A DNA stretch of 64,000 nucleotides from an uncultured SAR86 cluster bacterium (GTDB lineage Bacteria; Pseudomonadota; Gammaproteobacteria; Magnimaribacterales; D2472), in NCBI GenBank assembly GCA_902586925.1, contig CACIJE010000001.1:78104-142103 (forward strand), written 5' to 3'. Of this stretch, positions 8,647 to 18,860 are shown in pieces (position 1 is the first letter of the stretch; each line of letters begins with the position of its first letter). The notes beneath the pieces were generated by a model, which saw only the letters and a list, made by a program, of their open reading frames with translations, was not told where the DNA came from and searched no databases. The position numbers and the translations under genes were made by a program.

Positions 8647-10674
8647 ATGAATATAAAATTAATATTTTTGTTATGTTGTTCGTTTGTGTTTGCAAACGAA
8701 TATGAATTTATTGAATTAAGCAATAACAAAGAGAAATTGAGTAAGGAGATTTTTAAAAAACTTGAAAGAGAGCACTACCTTAAAGAATTCGATAAAGATA
8801 ATTTTAATAAAAGATATTTTGAAGCAATCATAGAAAAATTAGATGAAAGTAAAAATTTATTTATTAAAGATGAAATAGAATTGTACCTTAAAAGATCAGA
8901 GCTTTATGACGATTATTTTGATATTGAATTAGCTTATGAGCTTATTAATTTATACTTTGAAAGGTTGACGTATTTTTTAAAATATCAAATTGATCTAATC
9001 AAAAAAAATCAGTTTGATCTCTTAAAGGATGAATATCTTGATATCTATAATGAAGATAACCAATGGCGATCTAGTTTTGACGACCTAAAAGAGTTATGGA
9101 GACTCGAAACAAAGAATGATCTTTTGGTTTCAAGATTATCAGATTCTTCAAGTTCTAAACCACTAGTTGATTTAAAGAAAAGGTATGAAAACAGAATAAG
9201 AAGAATCAACCAGCAAAAAGAGGAAGATATATTTTCGTTGGCTATGAATATTTTAACTAATCAATTTGATCCTCATTCCTCGTACTTATCACCAAGATCT
9301 GCAGAAGATTTTGATGTAAATATGAGTTTAAAGTTGAATGGTATTGGGGCACTTCTTGGAACAGAAGACGACTACACTAAAATTATAAGTTTAGTTCCTG
9401 GTGGTCCAGCTGAAAAATCTGGAAAAATTAATCCTGAGGATAGAATAACTAAAATTAGACAAATTGGATCAAATGAATATAAAGATGTAGTTGGCTGGAG
9501 AATTGATGAAGTTGTTGACTTAATTAGAGGAGAAGCTGGAAGTGAGGTTGAAATTGAATTCATATCATTCAATTCAGATGACGATTCAACTAAATTGATA
9601 ACTTTAAAAAGAGAAGAGATAAAACTTGAGGACAGAGCCGCAAAATCAAAAATTATTGATATTGGAGATAATAAAATTGGAATAATTGATCTGCCCTCTT
9701 TTTATATAGATTTTAATGATTATCAAAAAAGGGTTGAAGATTATAGAAGTAGCAGTAATGATGTTAAGAGTATCTTAAATGAGTTTAATCAATCAGATGT
9801 TGATGCTTTAATATTGGATTTAAGAAATAATGGTGGTGGTGCACTCATTGAAGCAAACAAAATTATAGGATTATTTGTGTCTTCTGGTCCCACAGTTCAA
9901 GTGAAGCAAAGCAGAGGATATATACAACCATATGGCTCTTCAAGAGCTGTCCAGGTTTGGAGCAAGCCTTTGTTAGTTCTAGTTAATCGTTACTCAGCGT
10001 CAGCCTCAGAGATTGTTGCTGGAGCAATTCAAGACTATAGAAGAGGTATCATTGTTGGGCAAAGAACATTTGGTAAAGGTACTGTCCAAAGTCTGGAAAA
10101 TTTATCAGAGGGGCAAGTTAAAATTACAGAATCTAAGTATTACAGAGTGAATGGAATGAGTACTCAAAATAAAGGTGTGCTTCCTGATATTCAACTTCCA
10201 GTCACTTGGGATATCGACTCAGTTGGAGAAAGCTCATATCCTACTGCAATGGAATGGGACGTAATAAGACCATACAGACATAATAAATTTAATATTGATT
10301 CAAATCTTTTTAATGAGGTAGTTGCAAACTATGAGTATCGGCTCAATGAGGAACCAAATCTAAATTATCTGAAAAAAATCAGAGACAGATACGACTTAAA
10401 TAAAAATAAAAAAAAGTTAAGTCTAAATTTAAATGAAAGAAAAATTCAAAAAGAATTAAGAAAAGATTGGCTCCTTCAAATTGAGAATGAAAGAAGACAG
10501 AAAGTTGGCCTTACAACTTATTCTTCATATGAAGAGATGCAGGAATCAAGTGATGCCAACATAACTAGTAGCACAATAAATCTAGAGGATGATTATCAAT
10601 TAATTGAATCAACTAATATTATCAATGATTACATTGAATTAAATAAAAAGTTTGCTTTTTCATCTATAAAATAA
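8647..10674 (+). CDS. prc: Tail-specific (C-terminal processing) protease, S41 family
   Basis: Signal peptide, a PDZ-like segment GIGALLGTEDDYTKIISLVPGGPAEKSG, and an S41 core NRYSASASEIVAGAIQDY...FGKGTVQ. The 675-aa length is typical of Prc. Confidence 0.85.
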   Translation: MNIKLIFLLCCSFVFANEYEFIELSNNKEKLSKEIFKKLEREHYLKEFDKDNFNKRYFEAIIEKLDESKNLFIKDEIELYLKRSELYDDYFDIELAYELINLYFERLTYFLKYQIDLIKKNQFDLLKDEYLDIYNEDNQWRSSFDDLKELWRLETKNDLLVSRLSDSSSSKPLVDLKKRYENRIRRINQQKEEDIFSLAMNILTNQFDPHSSYLSPRSAEDFDVNMSLKLNGIGALLGTEDDYTKIISLVPGGPAEKSGKINPEDRITKIRQIGSNEYKDVVGWRIDEVVDLIRGEAGSEVEIEFISFNSDDDSTKLITLKREEIKLEDRAAKSKIIDIGDNKIGIIDLPSFYIDFNDYQKRVEDYRSSSNDVKSILNEFNQSDVDALILDLRNNGGGALIEANKIIGLFVSSGPTVQVKQSRGYIQPYGSSRAVQVWSKPLLVLVNRYSASASEIVAGAIQDYRRGIIVGQRTFGKGTVQSLENLSEGQVKITESKYYRVNGMSTQNKGVLPDIQLPVTWDIDSVGESSYPTAMEWDVIRPYRHNKFNIDSNLFNEVVANYEYRLNEEPNLNYLKKIRDRYDLNKNKKKLSLNLNERKIQKELRKDWLLQIENERRQKVGLTTYSSYEEMQESSDANITSSTINLEDDYQLIESTNIINDYIELNKKFAFSSIK

Positions 10675-10675
10675 T

Positions 10676-11488
10676 ATGAAAATTGTATCTTTTAACATCA
10701 ATAGCATTAGAGCAAGACCTCATCAAATTGAACATTTACGAGATACTATAGATCCTGATGTAATAGGACTTCAAGAAACAAAGGTAAATGATCCGGAATT
10801 CCCGTTAGAAATAATTAATGAAATTGGTTATCACTCAGAATATTGGGGTCAAAAAGGACATTATGGAGTAGCGATCTTAAGCAAAGTTCCACCAATTGAA
10901 ACTTATAAAGGTTTTGCGAATGACACTGAAGAGGATCAGAAAAGATTCATTCAATCTAAATTTAATTTTGGGAATGAAGAATTGTTAATAATGAATGGTT
11001 ATTTTCCTCAAGGTGAAAACATAAATCATGAAACAAAATTTCCTAAAAAAGTTAAATACTATAGTGATTTAGAGTCGCATATTCTCAACCTTAAAAAATC
11101 AAACTCTAATTTAATAGTAATGGGAGATTTCAATGTTTCACCAGAAGATATAGATATTGGAATTGGAGAAGAAAACGCAAAAAGATGGTTAAGAGATGGA
11201 AAAACGTCATTTCAACCTCAGGAGAGAGAAATGTGGAATAAAATCAAAAATTTAGGCTTTGTTGATACATGGAGAGAAAAATACCCGCAAGAGTCATCTA
11301 TTTATTCATGGTTTGATTATAGGTCTAGAATGTTTGATCAGGATCCAAAAAAAGGATTAAGAATTGACCATATTTTACTTTCTGAGAATTTAAAAATGAA
11401 CATCAAGGATGTTGGTATTGACTATAATGCCCGAGCAATGGAAAAGCCTTCAGATCATTGCCCAGTTTGGTTAGAGTTAAATGAATGA
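10676..11488 (+). CDS. xthA: Exodeoxyribonuclease III (AP endonuclease)
   Basis: MKIVSFNINSIRAR, GLQETK, and a C-terminal SDHCPVWLEL typical of the ExoIII/EEP family. Confidence 0.9.
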   Translation: MKIVSFNINSIRARPHQIEHLRDTIDPDVIGLQETKVNDPEFPLEIINEIGYHSEYWGQKGHYGVAILSKVPPIETYKGFANDTEEDQKRFIQSKFNFGNEELLIMNGYFPQGENINHETKFPKKVKYYSDLESHILNLKKSNSNLIVMGDFNVSPEDIDIGIGEENAKRWLRDGKTSFQPQEREMWNKIKNLGFVDTWREKYPQESSIYSWFDYRSRMFDQDPKKGLRIDHILLSENLKMNIKDVGIDYNARAMEKPSDHCPVWLELNE

Positions 11489-11918
11489 TATTTCATTTAA
11501 ACAACCAGAAAATCAAGAAGAATTCATAAAATATAATCTTTTTAGATGGGAAATATTAAGAAAGCCTATTGGAAAATCAATCGAATCCTTAAAAGATGCT
11601 CATGAGGATTCCAGTTTTCATCTAATTGGAGTCAAAAAAGAACAAATTGTAGGTTGTGGTAGGCTGCATTTTAACAACCCAAATGAAGCGCAAATTAGAT
11701 ATATGGCTGTTGACGAGAAATATCAGAGAAATGGTGTTGGTAAAGAAGTCATAAGATTACTTGAAAAAGAAGCTAAAAGACAAAATGCAAAAAAAATTAT
11801 TTTAAATGCTAGGGATCACGTATTAGATTTTTATAAAAAATTTGGTTATATAGCAGTCAAAAAATATAATGGCTCTGATACTGGTATCCCTCATACAACA
11901 ATGGAAAAAATTATATGA
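11481..11918 (+). CDS. GNAT-family N-acetyltransferase
   Basis: Acetyl-CoA binding motif A, QRNGVGKEVIRLLE. 145 aa. 8-nt overlap with xthA. Confidence 0.75.
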   Translation: MNDISFKQPENQEEFIKYNLFRWEILRKPIGKSIESLKDAHEDSSFHLIGVKKEQIVGCGRLHFNNPNEAQIRYMAVDEKYQRNGVGKEVIRLLEKEAKRQNAKKIILNARDHVLDFYKKFGYIAVKKYNGSDTGIPHTTMEKII

Positions 11919-12377
11919 TTACCTCTTTTGTATAAAAAAACTTTTAAGTAGCTTTGAACTTTCCTCTTTATATAATCCATATTTATATTTTATCTTGTGA
12001 TTTAAAGCCTTATTCTCAAGAAAATTATCAATTGAACATATACTACCTGTTTTAGGTTCTTTCGTTGAAAATATTATCCAGCTCAATCTTGCATCAATAA
12101 TTGCTTTCGCACACATATGACAAGGCTCTAGAGTTACAAAAATAGAACATCCATTTAATCTATAATTGCCTATCTTGCGGGAAGCAGATCTAAGTGCGTT
12201 TATTTCTGCATGAGCGGTAACATCATTGCTTTCAATCACACTATTGCATCCCCTTCCTATGATTTCATTATCTTTGACAATAACCGCACCGACAGGGACT
12301 TCTTTATGATCGAATGATTGCCTGGCTAAGTCCATTGCAGACTCCATAAAGAATTTATCTAGGTCTGTAAAAACCAT
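11919..12377 (-). CDS. tadA: tRNA adenosine(34) deaminase
   Basis: CDA-fold zinc motifs TAHAEINAL and EPCHMCAKAI. 152 aa. Confidence 0.9.
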   Translation of the reverse strand: MVFTDLDKFFMESAMDLARQSFDHKEVPVGAVIVKDNEIIGRGCNSVIESNDVTAHAEINALRSASRKIGNYRLNGCSIFVTLEPCHMCAKAIIDARLSWIIFSTKEPKTGSICSIDNFLENKALNHKIKYKYGLYKEESSKLLKSFFIQKR

Positions 12378-12379
12378 AT

Positions 12380-12904
12380 TTAGTAAAGTTCAATACCTGC
12401 AATATCTAATTGAGCTGAAAAATCTTTACCGTAAGCAACCAAGCCAATAGATCTTATATTAGTTGAACCAAGTAATTCATTTCCATTTCTAGAATACTTA
12501 AAATTTTTAATTGGTAATTCAATAGTTTGCCATTCATCAGTTACATAGAATCTTGAATAAAAATAATTCCATGGCAGCATTCTTGGAGCTCTTAAATGAA
12601 TGAAATATTCATTATTATTCCCTCTAACTTTTAATCGAATTCCATCAAAATTATTGCTATTGATATTCATTTTGACTCTTGACTGAATAAATCCACCATT
12701 ATTTTCTGTACTAACATTGCCTTCAAGTCTATAAAAAGTCTCTCCATCTTCTTCAATTTCATAAAAATTCACCTCTGATATGCCGCCCATAACTTGATCA
12801 GAGATTGCGGTCCATTCGGCCCTTACATCGTTAAGGTTATCTATAATCATTGATGAAAGATTTAAGTTTAAAAGTGATAACAAGATTGAAAAAAATCTTA
12901 TCAA
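12380..12904 (-). CDS. CIA30-family protein (complex I intermediate-associated protein 30-like domain)
   Basis: DQVMGGISE... followed by a beta-rich domain of the usual length. N-terminal signal-like segment. Confidence 0.6.
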   Translation of the reverse strand: MIRFFSILLSLLNLNLSSMIIDNLNDVRAEWTAISDQVMGGISEVNFYEIEEDGETFYRLEGNVSTENNGGFIQSRVKMNINSNNFDGIRLKVRGNNNEYFIHLRAPRMLPWNYFYSRFYVTDEWQTIELPIKNFKYSRNGNELLGSTNIRSIGLVAYGKDFSAQLDIAGIELY

Positions 12905-12906
12905 AA

Positions 12907-14058
12907 TTAATCCAAATAGGTATTTTTATCAGCATTAAACCAGGGAAGAGATACTACTTTAGAGGCAACATCCCCGTATGGACTTTCAAGTAAAACAACT
13001 GTTCCTTCTTCACAAAATTCAATATCAAGAATTGCTAGCCCAATATTCTTTTTTACTCTAGGTGAAAAATATGCTCTTGATAATCTTCCAATTTTTTTTC
13101 CACCGCAATTGACTGGCCAGAAATTTTCAGGTGCTCTTGGTAATGGATCACCTTCAATTTCAAGTCCAATTAATTTCTCTTTTACACCATCATTTTTTAT
13201 TTTTTTTAAAGCTTGTTTTCCAATAAAATCAGTTTCTTGATCAACGTCTACTAATCTTCCAAACCCTATGGTGTATGGATTATGCTCTCTTCCAAAATCA
13301 CTGCCATATGATAAAAGCCCACCTTCAATAGTTCTAATAGTATTTGGAGCAATAACTCTCCCATTAAATTCCTGCGCAGCATCATAGACCAACTCAAAAA
13401 GATCATTACCTAATTTTCTGTCTTGAAGATAAAGCTCATAACTTAGTTCACCACTCCAACCGGTTCTAGCAATTACCATTGGAATATTTTGAAGTTGAGT
13501 TTTTCTTGCCTTGTAATAACCTAAATCGTCATGTTCACCATCAAAAAGTTTACGGATTAATTTGCCTGACTTTGGGCCACTTATTTGCAAAGGGGAAACA
13601 TCAGGTTCATGAATTGAAACTTTCATGCCAGAGTTTATTGCAATTCCCTGAAGCCAAAGAATAACATCACCATCTCCAGGAGAAATCCAAAACTTATTTT
13701 CTTCAAGTCTCAATAAACAGGCGTCATTGATAATTCCACCATCCATATCAGTCAAAATAATATATTTACAGTGACCTATTTCACATTTTTCTAAATTACG
13801 AGGTGTAATATATCTAACAAAATCATAAGCGTCTTTTCCATTAATTTCAATTTGACGCTCAGCAGCAAAATCACCAAATGTAACATCATTTATAAGACTC
13901 TCATACTCTTTTTCAGGTCCAGAAAAAGCAGTTGGTAGATACATTTTATTATAGACAGTAAAGCCGGTAACTCCATATTTCAAATTAGAATCATAATAAG
14001 GAGATTTCCTTATTCTTGTACCAATTCCTATCATTAACGGTAGTTGTGATTTTGACAT
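12907..14058 (-). CDS. GcvT-family aminomethyltransferase, DmdA-like (possible DMSP demethylase)
   Basis: Folate-dependent aminomethyltransferase fold (FGDFAAERQIEINGKDA..., EPDVSPLQISGPKS, ARTGWSGELSYELY, GGLLSYGSD). From memory it is close to marine DmdA-type sequences. The family call is secure; the substrate is not. Confidence 0.7.
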   Translation of the reverse strand: MSKSQLPLMIGIGTRIRKSPYYDSNLKYGVTGFTVYNKMYLPTAFSGPEKEYESLINDVTFGDFAAERQIEINGKDAYDFVRYITPRNLEKCEIGHCKYIILTDMDGGIINDACLLRLEENKFWISPGDGDVILWLQGIAINSGMKVSIHEPDVSPLQISGPKSGKLIRKLFDGEHDDLGYYKARKTQLQNIPMVIARTGWSGELSYELYLQDRKLGNDLFELVYDAAQEFNGRVIAPNTIRTIEGGLLSYGSDFGREHNPYTIGFGRLVDVDQETDFIGKQALKKIKNDGVKEKLIGLEIEGDPLPRAPENFWPVNCGGKKIGRLSRAYFSPRVKKNIGLAILDIEFCEEGTVVLLESPYGDVASKVVSLPWFNADKNTYLD

Positions 14059-14164
14059 GTGTTATCCTTAGATTTAAGGGTATTTTAATCTCAAAATATC
14101 TTGGGAGTAAATGAAAAATTTACATATTTATTATAATATTTATATATGAATTTTTGAGGGGAAA

Positions 14165-15268
14165 ATGGGTAAAAAAAGATTTTTTGATGATAGATTAAAA
14201 TATCTTTCATTTATTCAAAATACAGGAGAAAAAAAGGCAATTTCTGATCAAATTTATCCTTATATTTCATCCCTTTCACAAAATAAGTCTTATATTAGAG
14301 TACTTGATGCAGGAACAGGTGATGGAACAATTAATTCAAATATAATTAAAAGTTTTCACAGATATCATCCATATACTTCGTTATTAATAACCGGTAAAGA
14401 AATAAGCTATGAGGATCTCAAAAATACCCTTGAAAAAATGCCTGATAGATTTGCTGAGCATCCTAACTTATTAGTAACAATGACAAATGTTAAATTTTCT
14501 GAGTTAGGTTTGGTTGAAACTGCAAACAAAATAAAAAATAAGAAAATTAAAGAGTTAAATTTAATTCTTGATAGTGATAATTCTTTTGATTTTAATACTC
14601 AAATAACTGGGACTAAACTTGGAAATTTTATTAAAAAATATTGGGGAATTGAGATTGATGCTAAAGGTAAAACTTCATATGCGAATCCTTGCATAATAAG
14701 AATTTTGAGAAAAGATAACTTAAGATACTTAAAGGGGTTTCTCAAAAATGATTATAAAAATAACAACTATGATTTAATAATTGCTTCACAAGCATATAGG
14801 GCTAGCTCTCCAGTGAAAATAAAAGTAGATAATGTAATTGGCCCATTAATGAGGCTGCTAAATAAGTCAGGAAAACTTCTGGTGACACATTCCTATGGAG
14901 GAAATGGGATACAAAAAGTTCTCAAAACAGCTTTCAAAGAAAAAGAGGCGTTTCCAAATAGAGCTAAAGATATTATTAATTATTTAAAAAATAATCCTCC
15001 TGGTGAAAATAATTTATACAATTTCTCTAAACCACAATATTATGGTTTTTATTTTAGAAAAGCTCCTGATAAAACAGTTACTGAATTATTTGGACATAAT
15101 ACAGATGCAAAATGGGCTAATATCCTATATGTAGGACAAATTCCTGAAAAAGATATTCAACAAGTTGAAAAAAATATTAGGCTTCATAACAAAGTTAAGA
15201 GAACAATTGAAGGCTTAGGTAAAATTGAATTTAAAAACGAATTGTTTGCAATTACAAAAGTTAGGTAA
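14165..15268 (+). CDS. Hypothetical protein with class I SAM-methyltransferase-like motifs
   Basis: Motif I-like VLDAGTGDG, then later YDLIIASQAY and SGKLLVT. About 130 aa separate motif I from the later motifs. Confidence 0.4.
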   Translation: MGKKRFFDDRLKYLSFIQNTGEKKAISDQIYPYISSLSQNKSYIRVLDAGTGDGTINSNIIKSFHRYHPYTSLLITGKEISYEDLKNTLEKMPDRFAEHPNLLVTMTNVKFSELGLVETANKIKNKKIKELNLILDSDNSFDFNTQITGTKLGNFIKKYWGIEIDAKGKTSYANPCIIRILRKDNLRYLKGFLKNDYKNNNYDLIIASQAYRASSPVKIKVDNVIGPLMRLLNKSGKLLVTHSYGGNGIQKVLKTAFKEKEAFPNRAKDIINYLKNNPPGENNLYNFSKPQYYGFYFRKAPDKTVTELFGHNTDAKWANILYVGQIPEKDIQQVEKNIRLHNKVKRTIEGLGKIEFKNELFAITKVR

Positions 15269-15288
15269 ACTAAATATCAAATCTTAAG

Positions 15289-16455
15289 CTACTCGATCTT
15301 GAAACTCAATCCAGCATTTTCTTCTAATCTTTTTATAAGTTTCTTTCCCATTGCTGGTGCTGGCGTATAAATACCTCCTGGAAGATCTTGGCACTCTTTT
15401 ACAAGACATATTGCACTTTCAGCGATCATTTTTGAAGTCGAACCATATCCTGGATCGATATCTCCTGAAACAGAGATATGAACACTCTCATTGCCAACAT
15501 CACCACAGAATAGGAGATCATAACTGCCATTTTCTCTTGATTCTCTTGATGGTCCCTCACCAGGTTCTGGAGCATTGCTTAGTGGATTAGAGGATGAAAT
15601 AAAATCAGCAGCTGATTTTCCTTTGTCACCAGTTCCTTGAATCCACATTTCGTTATAACAAAAATCTTTTCCATAAAAATGATTCATTAACGCATTTGAT
15701 CTATGAATGTTTTTGGTATTTATTGGTGCCATAAAAAATGGTGCTACCCAAGTATTTAATTTTTCATCAATCATAGGTTTGTTATCAGCTGGCTGATCAG
15801 GTCCATTAAAACCATTTGAAAGTGAAAATGGATTAGACAAAACTGAAAATAGTTCAGGTTTTTCTTTTAGTGCAGACATAGTTGCTTTTAGAGACGCTGC
15901 TGTACCGCCAGAAAATTCACCATTCATCTCTCTAACCCTACCCCTAACATTATTTGAAGGTTTGCCAAATCTTTTTATAACCTCGTCTTGAAGAAACAAT
16001 ACACCCAAATCAAAAGGTATGCTGTCAAAACCACATGAGAAGACTATTCTAGATCCTGATTTTTTTGCAATGCTATTTAACTCATTAATTTTTTCGTGCA
16101 TCCATCCAGGTTCTCCACACAAATCAACATAATCAGTCCCAGAATTAGCACATGCAGCAATAATACTGTTTCCATAAAGCTGATATGGACCAACAGTAGT
16201 TAAAACACATTTTGTAATAGAAATTAAATTATTAATACTTTCAATATCATTACTATCAGCAACAATTAAAGGTACCTCTTTTGGTACTTTTTTTAATTTC
16301 GCAACTGATTCAAGCTTATCAAAACTTCTTCCAGCTATAGCCCAACTGATGTCAGGGCTATCACTATATTTTTCTACAAGATACTCAACTACTAACTTAC
16401 CAGTAAAACCTGTTGCTCCGAAAACAACAAAATCAAACTCTTTATGCATGTTCAT
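15289..16455 (-). CDS. Saccharopine dehydrogenase-like NAD(P)-binding oxidoreductase (SCCPDH / trans-acting enoyl reductase-like)
   Basis: N-terminal Rossmann motif VVFGATGFTGKLV. Length and overall pattern match the Sacchrp_dh family. Confidence 0.7.
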   Translation of the reverse strand: MNMHKEFDFVVFGATGFTGKLVVEYLVEKYSDSPDISWAIAGRSFDKLESVAKLKKVPKEVPLIVADSNDIESINNLISITKCVLTTVGPYQLYGNSIIAACANSGTDYVDLCGEPGWMHEKINELNSIAKKSGSRIVFSCGFDSIPFDLGVLFLQDEVIKRFGKPSNNVRGRVREMNGEFSGGTAASLKATMSALKEKPELFSVLSNPFSLSNGFNGPDQPADNKPMIDEKLNTWVAPFFMAPINTKNIHRSNALMNHFYGKDFCYNEMWIQGTGDKGKSAADFISSSNPLSNAPEPGEGPSRESRENGSYDLLFCGDVGNESVHISVSGDIDPGYGSTSKMIAESAICLVKECQDLPGGIYTPAPAMGKKLIKRLEENAGLSFKIE

Positions 16456-16526
16456 GTTTTATTCCTATATAAAAACCAATTGGAGGATTATAATATAACC
16501 AAAGAAAATATATTTTATTTATATAA

Positions 16527-18335
16527 ATGTTAAAAAAAATATCTGAATTTTTTAGAGTAATTGGTGAATTAAAATATATTATTCCTCTTCTAAGATATAA
16601 ATTCCCAGACCCTGATGATAATTCTTCTTTAGCTCATACCTTTAAGAAAACTGTTGAGAAATTTGGAAATAGGAATTTTATCTATTTTGAAAATCAGACT
16701 TTGACATATTCGGAAGTAGATCAAGCTGTAAATATCTTTGCAAAAAAACTCGTTGATGATGGTGTTGTTCATGGTGATAAAGTAATTCTTTTTATGGAAA
16801 ATCGACCAGAATATATAACAAGCATTCTTGCTCTAAACAAAATTGGTGCAATTGGTGTTTTAATCAATACAAGCCTAACTGGAAAACCCTTAATACATTG
16901 CATTAATTCATCTGATTCTAAAAAGTGTATTGTTGGTGCTGAGTTAGCTTTGTCTCTTGAGGAAGTGTTATCTGAAATCAATATAAAAGATAAAACAGAC
17001 ATTTATTGGATTAGTGATGGAGATACTTTTAAATGTCCAGATTGGTCATTGGATATAAAAGATTTTATAAATGATTCTGAAAATATTGATATTGAAATTT
17101 CAAGTAAAGTAACAGCAAAAGATACTGCTTTTTATATTTTCACCTCTGGAACTACTGGTGTTCCAAAAGCCGCACTCTTTCCTAACTCAAAAATAATTGC
17201 TGCTTCTGTAAATATTGTAAAAGGAGGATATAGACTCAATGAAAAAGATTGTATGTATAACTGTCTTCCACTTTATCATTCTACTGGTCTGATGTTGGGT
17301 CTGTGTGCATGCATTGAAGCAGGTTCAGCAACTTTCATTAGAAGAAAATTTTCTGCATCTGCATTTTGGAAAGAAGCAAATAAATATAATACAACTGCCT
17401 TTGTTTACGTGGGTGAACTATGCAGATATTTGAGTTTTCAAGAACCAATTGAAGAAGAAAAAAATAATCCAATATCAAAAATGGTTGGTAATGGTTTGCG
17501 ACCAGATCTATGGGATTGTTTTAGAAACAGATTTGGTGTTGAAAGAATTATCGAAATTTACGGTGCTAGTGAAGGTAATGCTTTGTTTATGAATCTTCTC
17601 AATAAAGATCAAACAATTGGTATGACAAATGCAAAAGTTGGTATTTTTGAGTATGACGTTGCAGAAGACACACTTGTAAAAGATACCGATGGAAGATATG
17701 TAGAAGTAGACGAACATCAACCAGGACTCCTTCTTGTTGAGATAGGTCCAAATGCAGTATACAACGGTTATACAGATAAGAAAGCAAGTGAAGCAAAAGT
17801 AATACAAAATGTATTAGTTGAAGGTGATAGATGGTTTAACACTGGTGATCTTGTAAAAACAATGGATGTTGGTTTTTCTCTAGGTAGAATTCATTATCAA
17901 TTTGTTGACAGGGTTGGTGATACGTTCAGGTGGAAATCAGAGAATGTATCTACAAATGAGGTAGCAGAAATCTTAAATAGTTATCACGAAGTTAATATGG
18001 CTAATGTTTATGGCGTAAAGGTTGCTAATAGTGAAGGACGTGCTGGCATGGTAGCCTTTAACTGCAATATAGAAAAATTTGATTGGCTAAGTTTTTCAGA
18101 TTTTGTTTCAAAAAAGCTACCTGGTTACGCACAACCAGTTTTTGTAAGAATCATAGATGAGCTAGAAACAACTGGCACATTCAAGCTTAAAAAGAATGAT
18201 TTAAGGGAAGAGGCCTTCCATCTTGATAAAGTAAATGGAGATCTAGTTTTTGTAAAGAAACCAGGAAAGAATTCATACGAAAGACTTGATAATGATTTCT
18301 ATCAAAGCATCCAGTCTGGTAATGTTGGTTTTTAA
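16527..18335 (+). CDS. Long-chain acyl-CoA synthetase, FATP (very-long-chain) type
   Basis: AMP-binding motif YIFTSGTTGVPKA, the motif ...GDTFRWKSENVSTNEV..., and GTFKLKK at the C-terminus. Confidence 0.85.
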   Translation: MLKKISEFFRVIGELKYIIPLLRYKFPDPDDNSSLAHTFKKTVEKFGNRNFIYFENQTLTYSEVDQAVNIFAKKLVDDGVVHGDKVILFMENRPEYITSILALNKIGAIGVLINTSLTGKPLIHCINSSDSKKCIVGAELALSLEEVLSEINIKDKTDIYWISDGDTFKCPDWSLDIKDFINDSENIDIEISSKVTAKDTAFYIFTSGTTGVPKAALFPNSKIIAASVNIVKGGYRLNEKDCMYNCLPLYHSTGLMLGLCACIEAGSATFIRRKFSASAFWKEANKYNTTAFVYVGELCRYLSFQEPIEEEKNNPISKMVGNGLRPDLWDCFRNRFGVERIIEIYGASEGNALFMNLLNKDQTIGMTNAKVGIFEYDVAEDTLVKDTDGRYVEVDEHQPGLLLVEIGPNAVYNGYTDKKASEAKVIQNVLVEGDRWFNTGDLVKTMDVGFSLGRIHYQFVDRVGDTFRWKSENVSTNEVAEILNSYHEVNMANVYGVKVANSEGRAGMVAFNCNIEKFDWLSFSDFVSKKLPGYAQPVFVRIIDELETTGTFKLKKNDLREEAFHLDKVNGDLVFVKKPGKNSYERLDNDFYQSIQSGNVGF

Positions 18336-18337
18336 AT

Positions 18338-18859
18338 TTACTTAATATTACTATCGATTAAGACAGCTATTAAAAGTGCTGGCTCATCTCCATTATTAAC
18401 CCACGCATGATTTGTTCCTCTTTGAACAACAACATCAAATGGTTTTAGATTAACTTCATCATTATCAAGTATCAAAGTGACGTCTCCTTTGAGCAGAATA
18501 ATGTAATCGATTGTTTCTGTTTTATGCATTGCGGGATGTCTTCTTGTATCCACTCTATGATGTCCTGCGCCAATTTTTTCAAAAGCATCTGAGGCTATTT
18601 CTTGCATTACATCATCAGGAACACCATCCGGAATTGGATTAATTTGAAAATATCTAAACTTAGTTCCACCATTAGGTGGTGACAAAATAATATCTTCATC
18701 AGCTCTATCAATTTCATCAGTTGAAATAACATCATCACCGTCTGTATTCCATAATTCAAACAGACCACCTACGTCTTCACCTATAGATCTGGCAGGAGGT
18801 CCATCAAAACTAATTATCGATTCGCCCTTATTGTTGTGACCAGTAATAATTCTTCTCAT
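18338..18859 (-). CDS. Cupin-domain protein
   Basis: Cupin-like HKTETIDYIILLKGDVTLILD...VVVQRGTNHAWVN. Confidence 0.6.
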   Translation of the reverse strand: MRRIITGHNNKGESIISFDGPPARSIGEDVGGLFELWNTDGDDVISTDEIDRADEDIILSPPNGGTKFRYFQINPIPDGVPDDVMQEIASDAFEKIGAGHHRVDTRRHPAMHKTETIDYIILLKGDVTLILDNDEVNLKPFDVVVQRGTNHAWVNNGDEPALLIAVLIDSNIK

Positions 18860-18860
18860 T

